A stretch of 64,000 nt of DNA from Pseudomonadota bacterium (GTDB lineage Bacteria; Pseudomonadota; Gammaproteobacteria; Burkholderiales; SG8-39): assembly GCA_040752005.1 (NCBI GenBank), contig JBFMFX010000015.1:504-64503 (forward strand), given 5' to 3'. Position numbers and translations under genes: made by a program. Shown one piece after another: positions 22,616 through 32,598 of this stretch; the first letter of the stretch is position 1, and the number at the start of each line of letters is the position of its first letter. The notes below the pieces were generated by a model that had not been told where the DNA came from, did no database searches, and saw only the letters and a list, made by a program, of their open reading frames with translations.

Positions 22616-24096
22616 GACCGCGCTCCGTGCCGCGTGCGCGGAATGCCGGCCATCACCGTCGTGCCGCGGCCCGGCTCGCCGCTCACCTCGATCCAGCCGC
22701 CGAGACGGGCGATGCGCTCGTGCATGCCGCGCACGCCGAAGCGTCCCGGCTTTGCCAGATCCTCCGGCGTCGCGCCGCGGCCGTTGTCACGCACCTCCAG
22801 CGTCACCTCCTGCGCAGTTGCGAAAAGCTCGACCTCGATGCGCGTCGCCGCGGCGTGCTTGGTGATGTTGGTGAGCGCTTCCTGGAAGACGCGAAAGAGC
22901 GCCATCGCCGCCTCGCCCGGAAGCGCCAGCTCCTCGTCGTTGCTGGCGAAATGGTATTCGATGCCCAGTCGCCGCGCGACCTCGGCGGTGCGCGCCTCCA
23001 GCGCCGCCGACAGGCCGAGGTCGAGCGCGCCCGGCCGCAGCGCCTGCGCAAGGCGCTGGATCGAGCCGATCAGCGAATCGAGCAGCCGCTCGATGTCCTC
23101 GATGCGCTCCTGCACCGCCGGATCGGCGTCCACGCGCCGGCGCAGCCACGTGGCATCGGCCTTGAGGGCGGCGAGCGCGCCGCCCACCTCATCGTGCAGC
23201 TCGCGGGCGATCGCGGCGCGCTCCTCCTCCATGCGCCGCTCCCAGTCGGCGGTGAGATCGCGAAGCTTCGCCTCGGCGTTCTTGACCGAGGTGACGTCCA
23301 CCATGATGCCGTCCCACAGCCGCACGCCGGCGCCCACCGTGCGCGGCGAGGCCGAGACCGACACCCAGCGCGCCTGCGGCCCGCTGCCAATGCACCCTTC
23401 CCAGGCGAGCGCGGCGCCGCTTGCGGCGCACTCGCGCAGCCGCGCGGCGAGCGGCTCGCCCGGCCCGCCGGAGGTGAGGGCGAGGATCTCGCGCGGGTTG
23501 GCGAGCAGCTGCGCGGGCGGGCGCCCGAGCAGCTGCTCGGCGCCGTCGGAGAGGTAGACGAACTCGGCCGGCGCGCCCTCGGCCGGCTGGCGAAGCTGGA
23601 ACACGACTCCCGGCAGGTGCGCCGCGATGGCCGCCAGCCGCGATTCGGACTCGCGCTCGCGCGCTTCGGCGGCGCGCATCTGGCGCTTGAGCGTGCGCGC
23701 TTCCAGGCAGCGCGCGACCGCCGGGCGCAGCCGCGCGAGATTGTGCTTCATCACGTAGTCGTCGGCGCCGGCGAGCATCGCGTCCACCGCGACGTCCTCG
23801 CCGATGCGCCCGGAAACGATGATGAACGCAATCTCGGGGTCGGCGGCGCGCGCGAGCGCCAGCGCCGCGAGCGAGTCGAACTGCGGCAGGTTGTGGTCGG
23901 AGATGACCACGTCCCAGTCGGCGGCGGCGAGCGCCGCGCGCAGGCCATCGGCGTTCTCGACGCGCTCGGCGGAGACGCGCCACGGCCCGCCCGCGAGCGC
24001 GCGCAGAAGCAGTTCGTAGTCGTCCGGGGAATCCTCGACCACGAGGGCGCGCAACCGGGCGGCGGCCCGCCCGCGGGGGCTCACGTCTTGGCTCAT
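22612..24096 (-). CDS. REC-PAS-HisKA_3 sensor histidine kinase
   Basis: N-terminal REC, ERAAIARELHDE, QEALTNITKHA, GVRGMHER; alternative start at 24108. Confidence 0.88.
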   Translation of the reverse strand: MSQDVSPRGRAAARLRALVVEDSPDDYELLLRALAGGPWRVSAERVENADGLRAALAAADWDVVISDHNLPQFDSLAALALARAADPEIAFIIVSGRIGEDVAVDAMLAGADDYVMKHNLARLRPAVARCLEARTLKRQMRAAEARERESESRLAAIAAHLPGVVFQLRQPAEGAPAEFVYLSDGAEQLLGRPPAQLLANPREILALTSGGPGEPLAARLRECAASGAALAWEGCIGSGPQARWVSVSASPRTVGAGVRLWDGIMVDVTSVKNAEAKLRDLTADWERRMEEERAAIARELHDEVGGALAALKADATWLRRRVDADPAVQERIEDIERLLDSLIGSIQRLAQALRPGALDLGLSAALEARTAEVARRLGIEYHFASNDEELALPGEAAMALFRVFQEALTNITKHAAATRIEVELFATAQEVTLEVRDNGRGATPEDLAKPGRFGVRGMHERIARLGGWIEVSGEPGRGTTVMAGIPRTRHGARS

Positions 24097-24168
24097 GGCA
24101 GGGCTCATCGGCGCAACCGTACGCGGGGCGTCCGGAGCGCGGCTTCGGAACTCACCGTCAATTCGCCC

Positions 24169-24195
24169 TCTATTCCGGCGTGCAACGGCCGATAA
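24169..24195 (+). promoter_or_regulatory. Candidate sigma-28 promoter for the EAL-HDOD gene
   Basis: Perfect -10 GCCGATAA at 24188-24195; weak -35 (TCTA). Confidence 0.4.
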
Positions 24196-24333
24196 GGGTT
24201 CCAGAATCGGCCACAGCCGGCTTGGTGGCGGCGATTCTATCAAGGTGGCGCAATGGGCGAACGGCACGGCAGGCGCGAACGGCGAACCGCGGCGGACGGC
24301 GTGCGCCCGTCTGCCCTGGCGATCTGAAGCCGC

Positions 24334-25548
24334 GTGTACGTCGCGCGCCAGCCCATTCTCGATCGCGGCCACCGCATCGCCGGCTACGAGCTGCTGTTTC
24401 GCCCGGCAAGCGGCGGTGTGATCGGCGATCCGATGCGGGCGAGCGCCTTCGTTGCGGCGAAGGCGTTCGCCGATCCTGCCTTCGCCGACCTGCTCGGAGC
24501 GCACCCCGCTTTCATCAACGTGGACGCGGCGTTTCTCGCGAGCGACCTGGTCGAGCTGCTGCCGGTCCGGCGCACCGTGCTCGAACTGCTGGAGACAATC
24601 GAATTCACACCTGCGCTGGTCGAGCGTTGCCGCGAGCTGAAGGCGCGCGGGTTTCGCCTCGCGGCCGACGACTACGCGGGCGATCGCGCGGCGATCGCGC
24701 CGGTGCTCGAGCTGCTCGACGTCATCAAGGTGGACGTGCCGGGCATCGGCGGGCGCGATCCGCGCGCGCTGGCGCGCGAGCTCGGTCCGGTGACGCTGCT
24801 CGCCGAGAAGGTCGAGACGGCGGCCGACCACGAGCGCTTTGCCGCCGCCGGTTTCGGGCTGTTCCAGGGATACTACTATGCCCGTCCCGAAACGTTCGCC
24901 CGGCGAGGCCGCGATCCGGCGCGCGAAGCGGCGCTGGAGGTGCTCGCGCTGGTGCTCGGTGATGCCCCCGAGCGCGACATCGAACGCGCGCTCAAGCGCC
25001 ATCCGAACCTCGTCGTTGGGTTGCTGCGCCTGGTGAACAGCGCCGCCGCGGGGCTGGCGCGTCCGATCGGGTCGCTGCGCCAGGCGCTGCTGCACCTGGG
25101 CAGCGGTCCGCTGCGCCTCTGGTTGCAGCTGCTCGTGTACCTCGGCGGCGACGCGCAGGATCCCGGCAGCGATCCGTTGCTGCAGACCGCGGCGGCACGC
25201 GCCAGGACGATGGAGATTCTGGCGCAGCGCCTCGGCCGCGCCGGCGAGCGCGCGTTTCTCCTCGGCCTGGTGTCGCTGCTCGATGCGGCCACCGGCCTGC
25301 CGCGCACCGAGCTGGTGTGCAGGCTGGCGCTCGACGAGGAGATCCGCGCAGCGCTCGAGCAGGGCGCCGGCGTGCTCGGCGCGCTGCTCGAGCTCGCCCA
25401 GGCGCTGGAACGCGACGACGCGCCGGCGCTCGAGCGGCTGCGCGCGCGGCTGCCGGCGCTCGGCGAAGCCGATCTGGAAGCGGCCACGCGTGCCGGGCTC
25501 GCCTGGGCAGCCGCGCTCGGACGCCGGCCGCTGGAGTCGGCGGCATGA
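24334..25548 (+). CDS. EAL-HDOD (YuxH/CdgJ-like) protein
   Basis: ARQPI, GYELLFR, LAEKVET, FQGYY, then HDOD LLRLVNS. Confidence 0.87.
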   Translation: MYVARQPILDRGHRIAGYELLFRPASGGVIGDPMRASAFVAAKAFADPAFADLLGAHPAFINVDAAFLASDLVELLPVRRTVLELLETIEFTPALVERCRELKARGFRLAADDYAGDRAAIAPVLELLDVIKVDVPGIGGRDPRALARELGPVTLLAEKVETAADHERFAAAGFGLFQGYYYARPETFARRGRDPAREAALEVLALVLGDAPERDIERALKRHPNLVVGLLRLVNSAAAGLARPIGSLRQALLHLGSGPLRLWLQLLVYLGGDAQDPGSDPLLQTAAARARTMEILAQRLGRAGERAFLLGLVSLLDAATGLPRTELVCRLALDEEIRAALEQGAGVLGALLELAQALERDDAPALERLRARLPALGEADLEAATRAGLAWAAALGRRPLESAA

Positions 25549-26272
25549 GCGTGTGCGACGCCCTGCCGCTCGCTGCCGGCCGCGGCGAGGACATCGCCCG
25601 GCTGCACGCACTGACCTCGCCGCACGGCGTCGCGCTGGAGATGATGCGGCTCTCGCTCCAGGACGACGTGTCGATCGCCCGGTTCGCCCGCCTTGCGCAG
25701 GCCGACCCGGCACTTACCAGCCGCCTCATCAAGGCCGCGAATGCGCTGGCGCTCGGGGCACGCCGGCCCACCGCCTCGCTGCAGGGGGCGATGCTGCGGC
25801 TCGGAGTGCCGACGGTAAGGCAGCTCGCGGCGGCGTTCTCGCTGATCGAGCGCTACGCCCACGGTCCGTGCGAGGCGTTCGACTACACGCGCTTCTGGAC
25901 CGAATCGCTCCTTCGCGGCCTGGCCGGCCGATGCTCGCGGCGCGCCTGCGGCTGGCGGCGCCCGAGGAGGCGTTCACCTGCGGGCTGCTCGCGCACGTCG
26001 GCCGCCTCGGGGGCGAGGAGTTCCTGGTCATCCTGCCCGACAGCGGACCGCGCGAGGCGCGCGTGCTCGCCGAGCGGCTGCGCGCGGCCGTGGCAGGTCC
26101 TGAACATCGCACCGGCGACGGCGCTGCACCGCCCCTGAGCGTGAGCATCGGCGTCGCCGCCGAGGAGTGCTGCCGCGCCGCCCCGCTGGAGCTGCTGCGC
26201 CGCGCCGACCAGGCGCTGCTCGCCGCCGAACGCGCCGGACGCAACCGGATCTGCGAAGACCGCAGCGGCTAG
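25545..26272 (+). pseudogene. HDOD-GGDEF gene with a frameshift (~25930) and a large internal deletion
   Basis: HDOD (DPALTSRLIKAAN...RFW) shifts frame. CGLLAHVGRL then joins directly to GGEEFLVILP, so the GGDEF N-half is missing. Confidence 0.78.
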
Positions 26273-28026
26273 CCGCCCGCACCGCCGGCGAGGGCGAGCG
26301 AAGGACCGAACTCGGCGGCGCCGTCCGCGGCCAGGCGCTCGGCGAACGCCGGCGCCTCCAGCGGCCTGCCGAGCAGATAGCCCTGCGCGCGGGCGCAGCG
26401 CTCCTCGCGCAGCAGCGCGAGCTGCGCCGGGGTCTCCACGCCCTCGGCGTGGCATTCGAGCCTCATCGCGTGGCCGAGGGCGAGGATGGTGCGCACGATC
26501 GCGATGTTCTCGGCGTCGTGCGGGATCTCGCGCATGAAGGACTTGTCTATTTTGAGGATGTCGATCGGCAGGCGCCGCAGGTACGAGAGCGAGGAATAGC
26601 CGGTGCCGAAATCGTCGATCGCGATGCGCGCGCCGGCGCGCTTGAGCGCGCCGAGCACCTCGGCGGCAGCCTCGGCATCGTGCATCGCGGTGCCCTCGGT
26701 GATTTCCATCTCGAGCAGGTGCGGCGCGAGGCCGCTCGCGCGCAGGATGCCGAGCACCCGCGCCAGGAACTGCTTGTGGCGGAACTGTGTCGCGGAAAAG
26801 TTCACCGCTACCGCAATGCCGCGTCCGAAGCGCTGCTCCCAGGCGCACGCGTCCTCGCAGGCGCGTTCGAGCACCCAGGCGCCGATGGCGTGGATCTGGC
26901 CGGTGTCGTCGGCCACCGGGATGAAGCGATCCGGCGGCACAAGCCCCATCTCCGGGTGCCGCCAGCGCAACAGCGCCTCGGCGGCGACGACCCGGTGTGT
27001 CGCGATGTCGTAGATCGGCTGATAGACGACGTGCAGCTGGCGCCGCTCGATGGCGTGGCGCAGCTCGTTCTCCAGGCGCAGGTTTTCGCAGGTGGCCGCC
27101 TGAAGCTCCGCCTGGTAGATCCGGTGGCCGTTGCCGCCCAGGCGCTTGACGAAATGCATGGCGCTCTCGGCGCTCTTGAGCAGCGTCTCGCAATCGCGCC
27201 CGTGCGCGGGGTAAAGGCTGACGCCGACCGACAGCGTGACGTAGAACTCCTGGCCGCTGACGACGATCGGTTCGGCGAAGCGCCGCGCCAGCCGCTCGGC
27301 GAGGCGGCGCGGTTCGCGCGCGCCGCCCGCCACCGCGACGAGGATCGCGAATTCGTCCTGCCCGAGCCGCGCGACCAGGCTGCCGGCGGGCACCTCGGCC
27401 CGCAGGCGGACGGCGATCTGCCGTATGACGGCGTCGCCGGCCGCGTAGCCGAGCGTCTCGTTGATGCGCATGAACCGGTCCAGGTCCACGTACAGCAGCG
27501 CCGCGGCGCCGTCCTCGGCACCGATCGCATCGAGGCGCAGCCCCGCCTGCTCGCAAAAGAGCGAGCGGTTCGGCAGCCGCGTGAGCGTGTCGTAGCTCGC
27601 GAGCTCCGCCGCCGCGCGCTCGGCGCGCTCCTTGTCCCGTCGCAGTCGCACATTGCGCAGCTCGCGCTCGATCACCGGCACGATGCGCGCCGGATCGTGC
27701 TTGGCGATCCAGTCGCTCGCGCCGACGCGCATCGCCAGCGCGCCGCGACCCTCATCCAGGCAGCCCGAGTACAGAATGAACGGTGCGTCGCTGCCGGATT
27801 CGCGCAGCAGCGCCAGCGCGGCATCGGAATCGAATCCGGGCATGACGTGGTCGGAGATCACCACGTCCCAGGGGCCCTCGGCGAGCGCCGCGCGCATGCT
27901 CCGGGCGCTGTCCACGCGGCGCAGCGCGGCCACCGGCAGCGCCGCGCGCAGCCTGCGCTCCAGGAGCAGCGCGTCGTCCTCGGAATCCTCTACGAGCAGG
28001 ACGCGGATCGCTTCTGCTTCGCGCAT
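26269..28026 (-). CDS. REC-GGDEF(degenerate)-EAL c-di-GMP phosphodiesterase
   Basis: REC; A-site reads GQDEF; intact EALLRW, EITE, DDFGTGYSS. Confidence 0.9.
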   Translation of the reverse strand: MREAEAIRVLLVEDSEDDALLLERRLRAALPVAALRRVDSARSMRAALAEGPWDVVISDHVMPGFDSDAALALLRESGSDAPFILYSGCLDEGRGALAMRVGASDWIAKHDPARIVPVIERELRNVRLRRDKERAERAAAELASYDTLTRLPNRSLFCEQAGLRLDAIGAEDGAAALLYVDLDRFMRINETLGYAAGDAVIRQIAVRLRAEVPAGSLVARLGQDEFAILVAVAGGAREPRRLAERLARRFAEPIVVSGQEFYVTLSVGVSLYPAHGRDCETLLKSAESAMHFVKRLGGNGHRIYQAELQAATCENLRLENELRHAIERRQLHVVYQPIYDIATHRVVAAEALLRWRHPEMGLVPPDRFIPVADDTGQIHAIGAWVLERACEDACAWEQRFGRGIAVAVNFSATQFRHKQFLARVLGILRASGLAPHLLEMEITEGTAMHDAEAAAEVLGALKRAGARIAIDDFGTGYSSLSYLRRLPIDILKIDKSFMREIPHDAENIAIVRTILALGHAMRLECHAEGVETPAQLALLREERCARAQGYLLGRPLEAPAFAERLAADGAAEFGPSLALAGGAGG

Positions 28027-28075
28027 CGGTCGGTGGCGGCGGTCGGCGGGCGCACGTTGGGCCTTCGTTCGCCCA

Positions 28076-28102
28076 TTTACGGCCGCCGCGACGCGGACTT
28101 TA
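28076..28102 (-). promoter_or_regulatory. Candidate sigma-28 promoter of the REC-GGDEF-EAL gene
   Basis: Minus strand TAAA-N15-GCCGTAAA, about 50 nt upstream of the ATG. Confidence 0.55.
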
Positions 28103-28161
28103 GGGTATCTTCGAACCGATGCGGGAACTGCGGCCCGGAGGAAAGTCGTCGGACCTCAGAG

Positions 28162-28248
28162 TGGTGCCGAGGAAGGGACTCGAACCCCCACAGTGTTGCC
28201 ACCGCCAGGACCTGAACCTGGTGCGTCTACCAATTCCGCCACCTCGGC
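28162..28248 (-). tRNA. tRNA-Leu (CAG)
   Basis: GCCGAGG acceptor stem, CCAGG-TTCAGGT-CCTGG anticodon arm, long variable arm, GGTTCGAGTCC, CCA end; 87 nt. Confidence 0.97.
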
Positions 28249-28280
28249 CGGGGTGCGGATTGTAGGAGCCGACCTTGAGC

Positions 28281-30194
28281 ATGTCAAAGCGAAAACCGCC
28301 TGAGACTCCGCGCCCGCGCGCCGAGGCGGCGCTCGTTCGCGGGCGTGTCGAGGGGCATCCCGACGGGCACGGCTTTCTCGTGCCGGAGGCGGGCGGTGCG
28401 CCGGTCTGGCTGAGCGCCGCCGAGATGCGCCAGGTGCTGCACGGCGATTCGGCCGAGGTGCGCATCACCGGCGTGGATGCCCGCGGCCGGCTCTCGGGCG
28501 AGATCGTGCGCGTGCTCGAGCGCGCGCGGCGCCGGATCGTCGGCACGCTGCACGCGGGCCCCGGAATGTTCGTGCTCGTGCCCGAGGACCGGCGGATCGC
28601 GCAGGATCTGCTGGTGCCGAAGGCGGCGGCCGGCCGCGCGCGACCCGGGCAGGTGGTGACCGTCGAGATCACGCAGCCGCCGACGCGCCACGCGCAGCCG
28701 GTGGCGCGGGTCGTCGAGGTGCTCGGCGCGCGCGACGACCCGGGCATGGAGGTCGAGATCGCGCTGCGCAAGTTCGACTTGCCGCACGTGTTCTCGAAGG
28801 CAGCGCTCGCGGCGGCACGCGCGGCGCCGGAGGCAGTGCGACCCGAGGACCACCGGGGCCGGCGCGACCTGAGGGACCTCGACTTCGTCACCATCGACGG
28901 CGAGACGGCGAAGGATTTCGACGACGCGGTGTGCGCGCGGCCCGAGGGCCGCGGCCACCGGCTCTGGGTCGCGATCGCCGACGTCAGTCACTACGTGCGT
29001 CACGGCGATGCGCTCGACCGCGACGCGCGCGAACGCGCCACCTCGGTCTACTTTCCGCGCCGCGTGATCCCGATGCTGCCGGAAAAGCTCTCCAACGGCA
29101 TCTGCTCGCTCAACCCGGGCGTGGACCGGCTGGCGATGGTGTGCGAGATGGCGGTGACGCAGAAGGGCGGCATCGCCGATTACGTCTTCTATCCGGCGGT
29201 GTTCCGCTCGCGCGCCCGGCTGACCTACGGCCAGGTGTGGCGGTGGTTGTCGGCGGGCGAGGCGCCGCCGCATGTCGCCCACCTGTACGCCGTGTACAAG
29301 GCGCTCGCGCGGGCGCGCGGCGAGCGCGGCGCGATAGACTTCGACACCCTCGAGACCCGCATCGAGTTCGACGCGCGCGGCCGCATCACCCGCATCGTGC
29401 CGGAGCCGCGCAACGACGCGCACCGCCTGATCGAGGAGTGCATGCTGGCGGCCAACGTCTGCGCCGGAGAGTTTCTCGCCGCGCGCCAGCACCCGACGCT
29501 CTACCGCGTGCACGAGCAGCCGGACCCGGACAAGGTGCACGCCCTGCGCGAGTTCCTCGCCGAGCTGGGCCTTTCTCTCGGCGGCGGTGACCGGCCGCGA
29601 CCGGCGGACTACGCGCGGCTGCTCGATCGCATCCGCGGCCGGCCGGACGCGGCGCTGCTGCAGACGATCCTGCTGCGCTCGCTCAAGCAGGCGCACTACA
29701 GTCCGGAGAACGTCGGCCACTTCGGGCTCGCGTTCGAGGCCTACGTGCACTTCACCTCGCCGATCCGCCGCTACCCGGACCTGCTCGTTCACCGCGCGAT
29801 CAAGGCCTGCCTCGCCGGGCGGCGCTACGAGGGCGTGGACTGGGAGGAGATGGGGCGGCACGCGTCGGAAGCCGAGCGCCGCGCCGACGAGGCGAGCCGC
29901 GACGTCGAGAACTGGCTCAAGTGCCTGTACATGCGCGAGCATGTGGGCGGGGTGTTCGCCGGGCGCATCACCGGCGTCACCGCGTTCGGCCTGTTCGTCA
30001 CGCTCGACGAGTACTTCGTGGACGGGCTGGTGCACATCTCGGAGCTGGGACGGGACTACTTCCGCTTCGAGCCCAAGCGGCACATGCTGCTGGGCGAGCG
30101 CACCGGGCGGCGCTACCGGCTCGCGGACCCGATCCGGGTGAAGCTCGTGCGCGTGGACGTCGAGAGCCGCAAGATGGATTTCGTACCCGCATGA
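28281..30194 (+). CDS. rnr: Ribonuclease R
   Basis: HPDGHGF, TIDGETAKDFDDA, HFTSPIRRYPDL, C-terminal S1 domain; adjacent to rlmB. Confidence 0.93.
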   Translation: MSKRKPPETPRPRAEAALVRGRVEGHPDGHGFLVPEAGGAPVWLSAAEMRQVLHGDSAEVRITGVDARGRLSGEIVRVLERARRRIVGTLHAGPGMFVLVPEDRRIAQDLLVPKAAAGRARPGQVVTVEITQPPTRHAQPVARVVEVLGARDDPGMEVEIALRKFDLPHVFSKAALAAARAAPEAVRPEDHRGRRDLRDLDFVTIDGETAKDFDDAVCARPEGRGHRLWVAIADVSHYVRHGDALDRDARERATSVYFPRRVIPMLPEKLSNGICSLNPGVDRLAMVCEMAVTQKGGIADYVFYPAVFRSRARLTYGQVWRWLSAGEAPPHVAHLYAVYKALARARGERGAIDFDTLETRIEFDARGRITRIVPEPRNDAHRLIEECMLAANVCAGEFLAARQHPTLYRVHEQPDPDKVHALREFLAELGLSLGGGDRPRPADYARLLDRIRGRPDAALLQTILLRSLKQAHYSPENVGHFGLAFEAYVHFTSPIRRYPDLLVHRAIKACLAGRRYEGVDWEEMGRHASEAERRADEASRDVENWLKCLYMREHVGGVFAGRITGVTAFGLFVTLDEYFVDGLVHISELGRDYFRFEPKRHMLLGERTGRRYRLADPIRVKLVRVDVESRKMDFVPA

Positions 30195-30946
30195 GCCGCC
30201 GCGGTCCGCGCGAGCCGCGCGTGGTGTTCGGCTTTCACGCCGTGCTGGCGAGCCTGCGCGCCGATCCGGGCTCGGTGACGGAGATCTTTCTTGACGAGGC
30301 GCGCAACGACGCGCGCGCGCGCGAGCTTGCGGCGGCGGCGGAGAAAGCGGGCGTGCGCCTGATGCGCGTGCCGGCGAAGCGGCTCGACGGCTTCTACGGC
30401 GGCGGCCGGCATCAGGGCGTGGTCGCGCGCGTCGCGCCGCGGCGCGATGCCGACAGCCTCGACGAGCTGCTGGAGAAAATCGCCAAGCCGCTGCTGCTCG
30501 TCCTCGACGGCGTCACCGATCCGCACAACCTCGGCGCCTGCCTGCGCGTCGCCAACGCCGCCGGCGCGCACGCGGTGATCGCACCGAAGGACCGCGCCGC
30601 CGGAATCAGTGCCGCGGTGTCCAAGGTGGCGAGCGGGGCGGCGGAGCTCACGCCCTACTTCATGGTCACCAACCTCGCGCGCACGCTGGGTGAATTGAAG
30701 GAGCGCGACATCTGGATCGTCGGCGCCGACGAACGCGCCGAGACGCCGCTTTTCGCGGCCGACCTGCCCGACTCGGTCGCCTGGGTGCTCGGCGCCGAAG
30801 GTGAAGGAATGCGCCGCCTGACGCGCCAGTCGTGCGACCTGCTGGTGCGCATCCCGACGCACGGGGGCGTGGCGAGCTTGAACGTGGCGGTGGCGGCCGG
30901 CGTGTGCCTGTACGAATCGGTCAGGCGGCGGACGGCCGCGGCGTGA
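30191..30946 (+). CDS. rlmB: 23S rRNA Gm2251 methyltransferase RlmB
   Basis: HQGV, LDGVTDPHNLGACLR, GAEGEG, SLNVAVA. Confidence 0.94.
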   Translation: MSRRGPREPRVVFGFHAVLASLRADPGSVTEIFLDEARNDARARELAAAAEKAGVRLMRVPAKRLDGFYGGGRHQGVVARVAPRRDADSLDELLEKIAKPLLLVLDGVTDPHNLGACLRVANAAGAHAVIAPKDRAAGISAAVSKVASGAAELTPYFMVTNLARTLGELKERDIWIVGADERAETPLFAADLPDSVAWVLGAEGEGMRRLTRQSCDLLVRIPTHGGVASLNVAVAAGVCLYESVRRRTAAA

Positions 30947-30961
30947 TGGGCACGCCACGGC

Positions 30962-30991
30962 TTGCCGCGCGTGGCGGATTTCCCCTATAAT
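30962..30991 (+). promoter_or_regulatory. Sigma-70 promoter of the rpsF operon
   Basis: TTGCCG-N18-TATAAT. Confidence 0.6.
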
Positions 30992-31019
30992 CCGCGCCCT
31001 TACGCTCCACGGGAGCGCG

Positions 31020-31067
31020 TTCCTTGCCGCACCGTCCACCGCAGACGGGCGGCTTACCCAGAAGGAG
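31020..31067 (+). ncRNA. S6:S18 ribosomal protein leader (rpsF leader)
   Basis: TTCCTT-GCCGC...GCGGC-TTACCC-AG-AAGGAG: the stem sequesters the SD and has an internal-loop CCC, as in the proteobacterial rpsF leader. Confidence 0.65.
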
Positions 31068-31078
31068 AGCAAACCGCG

Positions 31079-31462
31079 ATGCGGCATTACGAGATCTGTT
31101 TCATCGTCCATCCGGACCAGAGCGAGCAGGTGCCCGCGATGGTCGAGCGCTACAAGGGCATCGTCGCGCAGAGGAAAGGGCGCATCCATCGCCTCGAGGA
31201 CTGGGGCCGGCGCCAGCTCGCGTACCCGATCGCCAAGGTGCACAAGGCGCACTACGTGCTGATGAACATCGAGTGCGACGCCGAGACGCTCGCCGAGCTC
31301 GATCATGCGTTCCGCTTCAACGACGCGGTGCTGCGGCATCTGATCATCCACATGCCGAAGGCGATCACCACGCCCTCACCGATGATGAAGGACGAAAAAT
31401 CGCGCTCGATGCTCGAGCGCGCGCCGGAGGCGCCGGCGGCTGAACCCGCGCCGACCGCTTGA
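31079..31462 (+). CDS. rpsF: 30S ribosomal protein S6
   Basis: [33 protein letters not shown]. Confidence 0.97.
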   Translation: MRHYEICFIVHPDQSEQVPAMVERYKGIVAQRKGRIHRLEDWGRRQLAYPIAKVHKAHYVLMNIECDAETLAELDHAFRFNDAVLRHLIIHMPKAITTPSPMMKDEKSRSMLERAPEAPAAEPAPTA

Positions 31463-31758
31463 GGGACGCGAACCGCCTGGAGATCACCGGCACGGTGAGC
31501 GAGCTAAAGGCACTGCGCCACACGCCGGCGGGGATCCCGGTGGTCGAGTTCCGGCTGCGGCACGAATCGCAGCAGCTCGAAGCGGGCGCGATGCGCAGGG
31601 TGCAGGCGGAAATCGACGCAATCGCGTTCGAGACCCTGGCGCGGCTGGTGGCGAGAATCGAGCCAGGGCGCACGCTCACCGCCGCAGGGTTCCTCGCCGC
31701 GAAGAGCCGGCGCTCGAAGAAACCGGTGCTGCACGTGACGCAAATCGAATTCGAATAG
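31459..31758 (+). CDS. priB: Primosomal protein PriB
   Basis: [10 protein letters not shown]; lies between rpsF and rpsR. Confidence 0.9.
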   Translation: MRDANRLEITGTVSELKALRHTPAGIPVVEFRLRHESQQLEAGAMRRVQAEIDAIAFETLARLVARIEPGRTLTAAGFLAAKSRRSKKPVLHVTQIEFE

Positions 31759-31782
31759 ACGCATACCGAGGAGCAACAGGCA

Positions 31783-32052
31783 ATGGCCACGCCGAAAAAG
31801 GCAAAGAGCAAGAGCAAGGAACGGGCGCAGCGCGGCCTGTTCCGGCGGCGCAAGTTCTGCCGCTTCACCGCGGAAAAGATCGAATGGATTGACTACAAGG
31901 ACGTGGACCTGCTGCGCGACTACATCAGCGAGAACGGCAAGATCATTCCGGCGCGCATCACCGGCACGTCGGCCGGCTACCAGCGCCAGCTTTCGGTGGC
32001 GATCAAGCGCGCGCGCTTTCTCGCCCTGCTGCCCTACACCGACCTGCACTGA
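31783..32052 (+). CDS. rpsR: 30S ribosomal protein S18
   Basis: [27 protein letters not shown]. Confidence 0.97.
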   Translation: MATPKKAKSKSKERAQRGLFRRRKFCRFTAEKIEWIDYKDVDLLRDYISENGKIIPARITGTSAGYQRQLSVAIKRARFLALLPYTDLH

Positions 32053-32066
32053 AGGAGGGCGAGGCG

Positions 32067-32516
32067 ATGCAAGTCATCCTGATGGAGCGGATCGCCAATC
32101 TCGGCAACCTCGGCGACGTGGTCAAGGTGAAGGACGGCTTCGCGCGCAACTACCTGATTCCGCAGGGCAAGGCGAAGCGCGCCACCGAGGCGAACATCAA
32201 GGCGTTCGAGCAGCAGCGCGCCGAGCTGGAAAAGGCGCAGGCCGAAGCGCTCGCGCGCGCGCAGGAACGCGGCGCGAAGCTGGAGGGCCTGACGCTGCAG
32301 ATCGTGCGCAAGGCGGGCGTGGACGGGCGCCTGTTCGGCTCGGTCACCAACTACGACATCGTCGAGGCGCTGCAGGCGCAGGGCCACGAGGTCGAGCGCG
32401 CGCAGGTGAGGATGCCCGCGGGGCCCCTGAAGGCGGTGGGCGATTACCAGATCCAGATCGCCCTGCACACCGACGTGGTGGTCACGGTCAACGTTTCCGT
32501 GCTGGGCGAGACCTGA
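32067..32516 (+). CDS. rplI: 50S ribosomal protein L9
   Basis: [22 protein letters not shown]. Confidence 0.97.
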   Translation: MQVILMERIANLGNLGDVVKVKDGFARNYLIPQGKAKRATEANIKAFEQQRAELEKAQAEALARAQERGAKLEGLTLQIVRKAGVDGRLFGSVTNYDIVEALQAQGHEVERAQVRMPAGPLKAVGDYQIQIALHTDVVVTVNVSVLGET

Positions 32517-32550
32517 GCCGCGAAAAAAGCGTGCGGAAACAGGCGCGAGG

Positions 32551-32580
32551 AAAAGGGCTGGCGACGGCCCTTTTTCTTTT
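32551..32580 (+). terminator. Rho-independent terminator after rplI
   Basis: AAAAGGGC-tggcgacg-GCCCTTTT followed by TCTTTT. Confidence 0.75.
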
Positions 32581-32598
32581 GTAGCATCGTCGCAACCC

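Noticed and set aside
28027-28248. tRNA-Leu as an integration site for the signalling/flagellar region
   Set aside because: No adjacent integrase, and I found no duplicated tRNA 3' end in the window.
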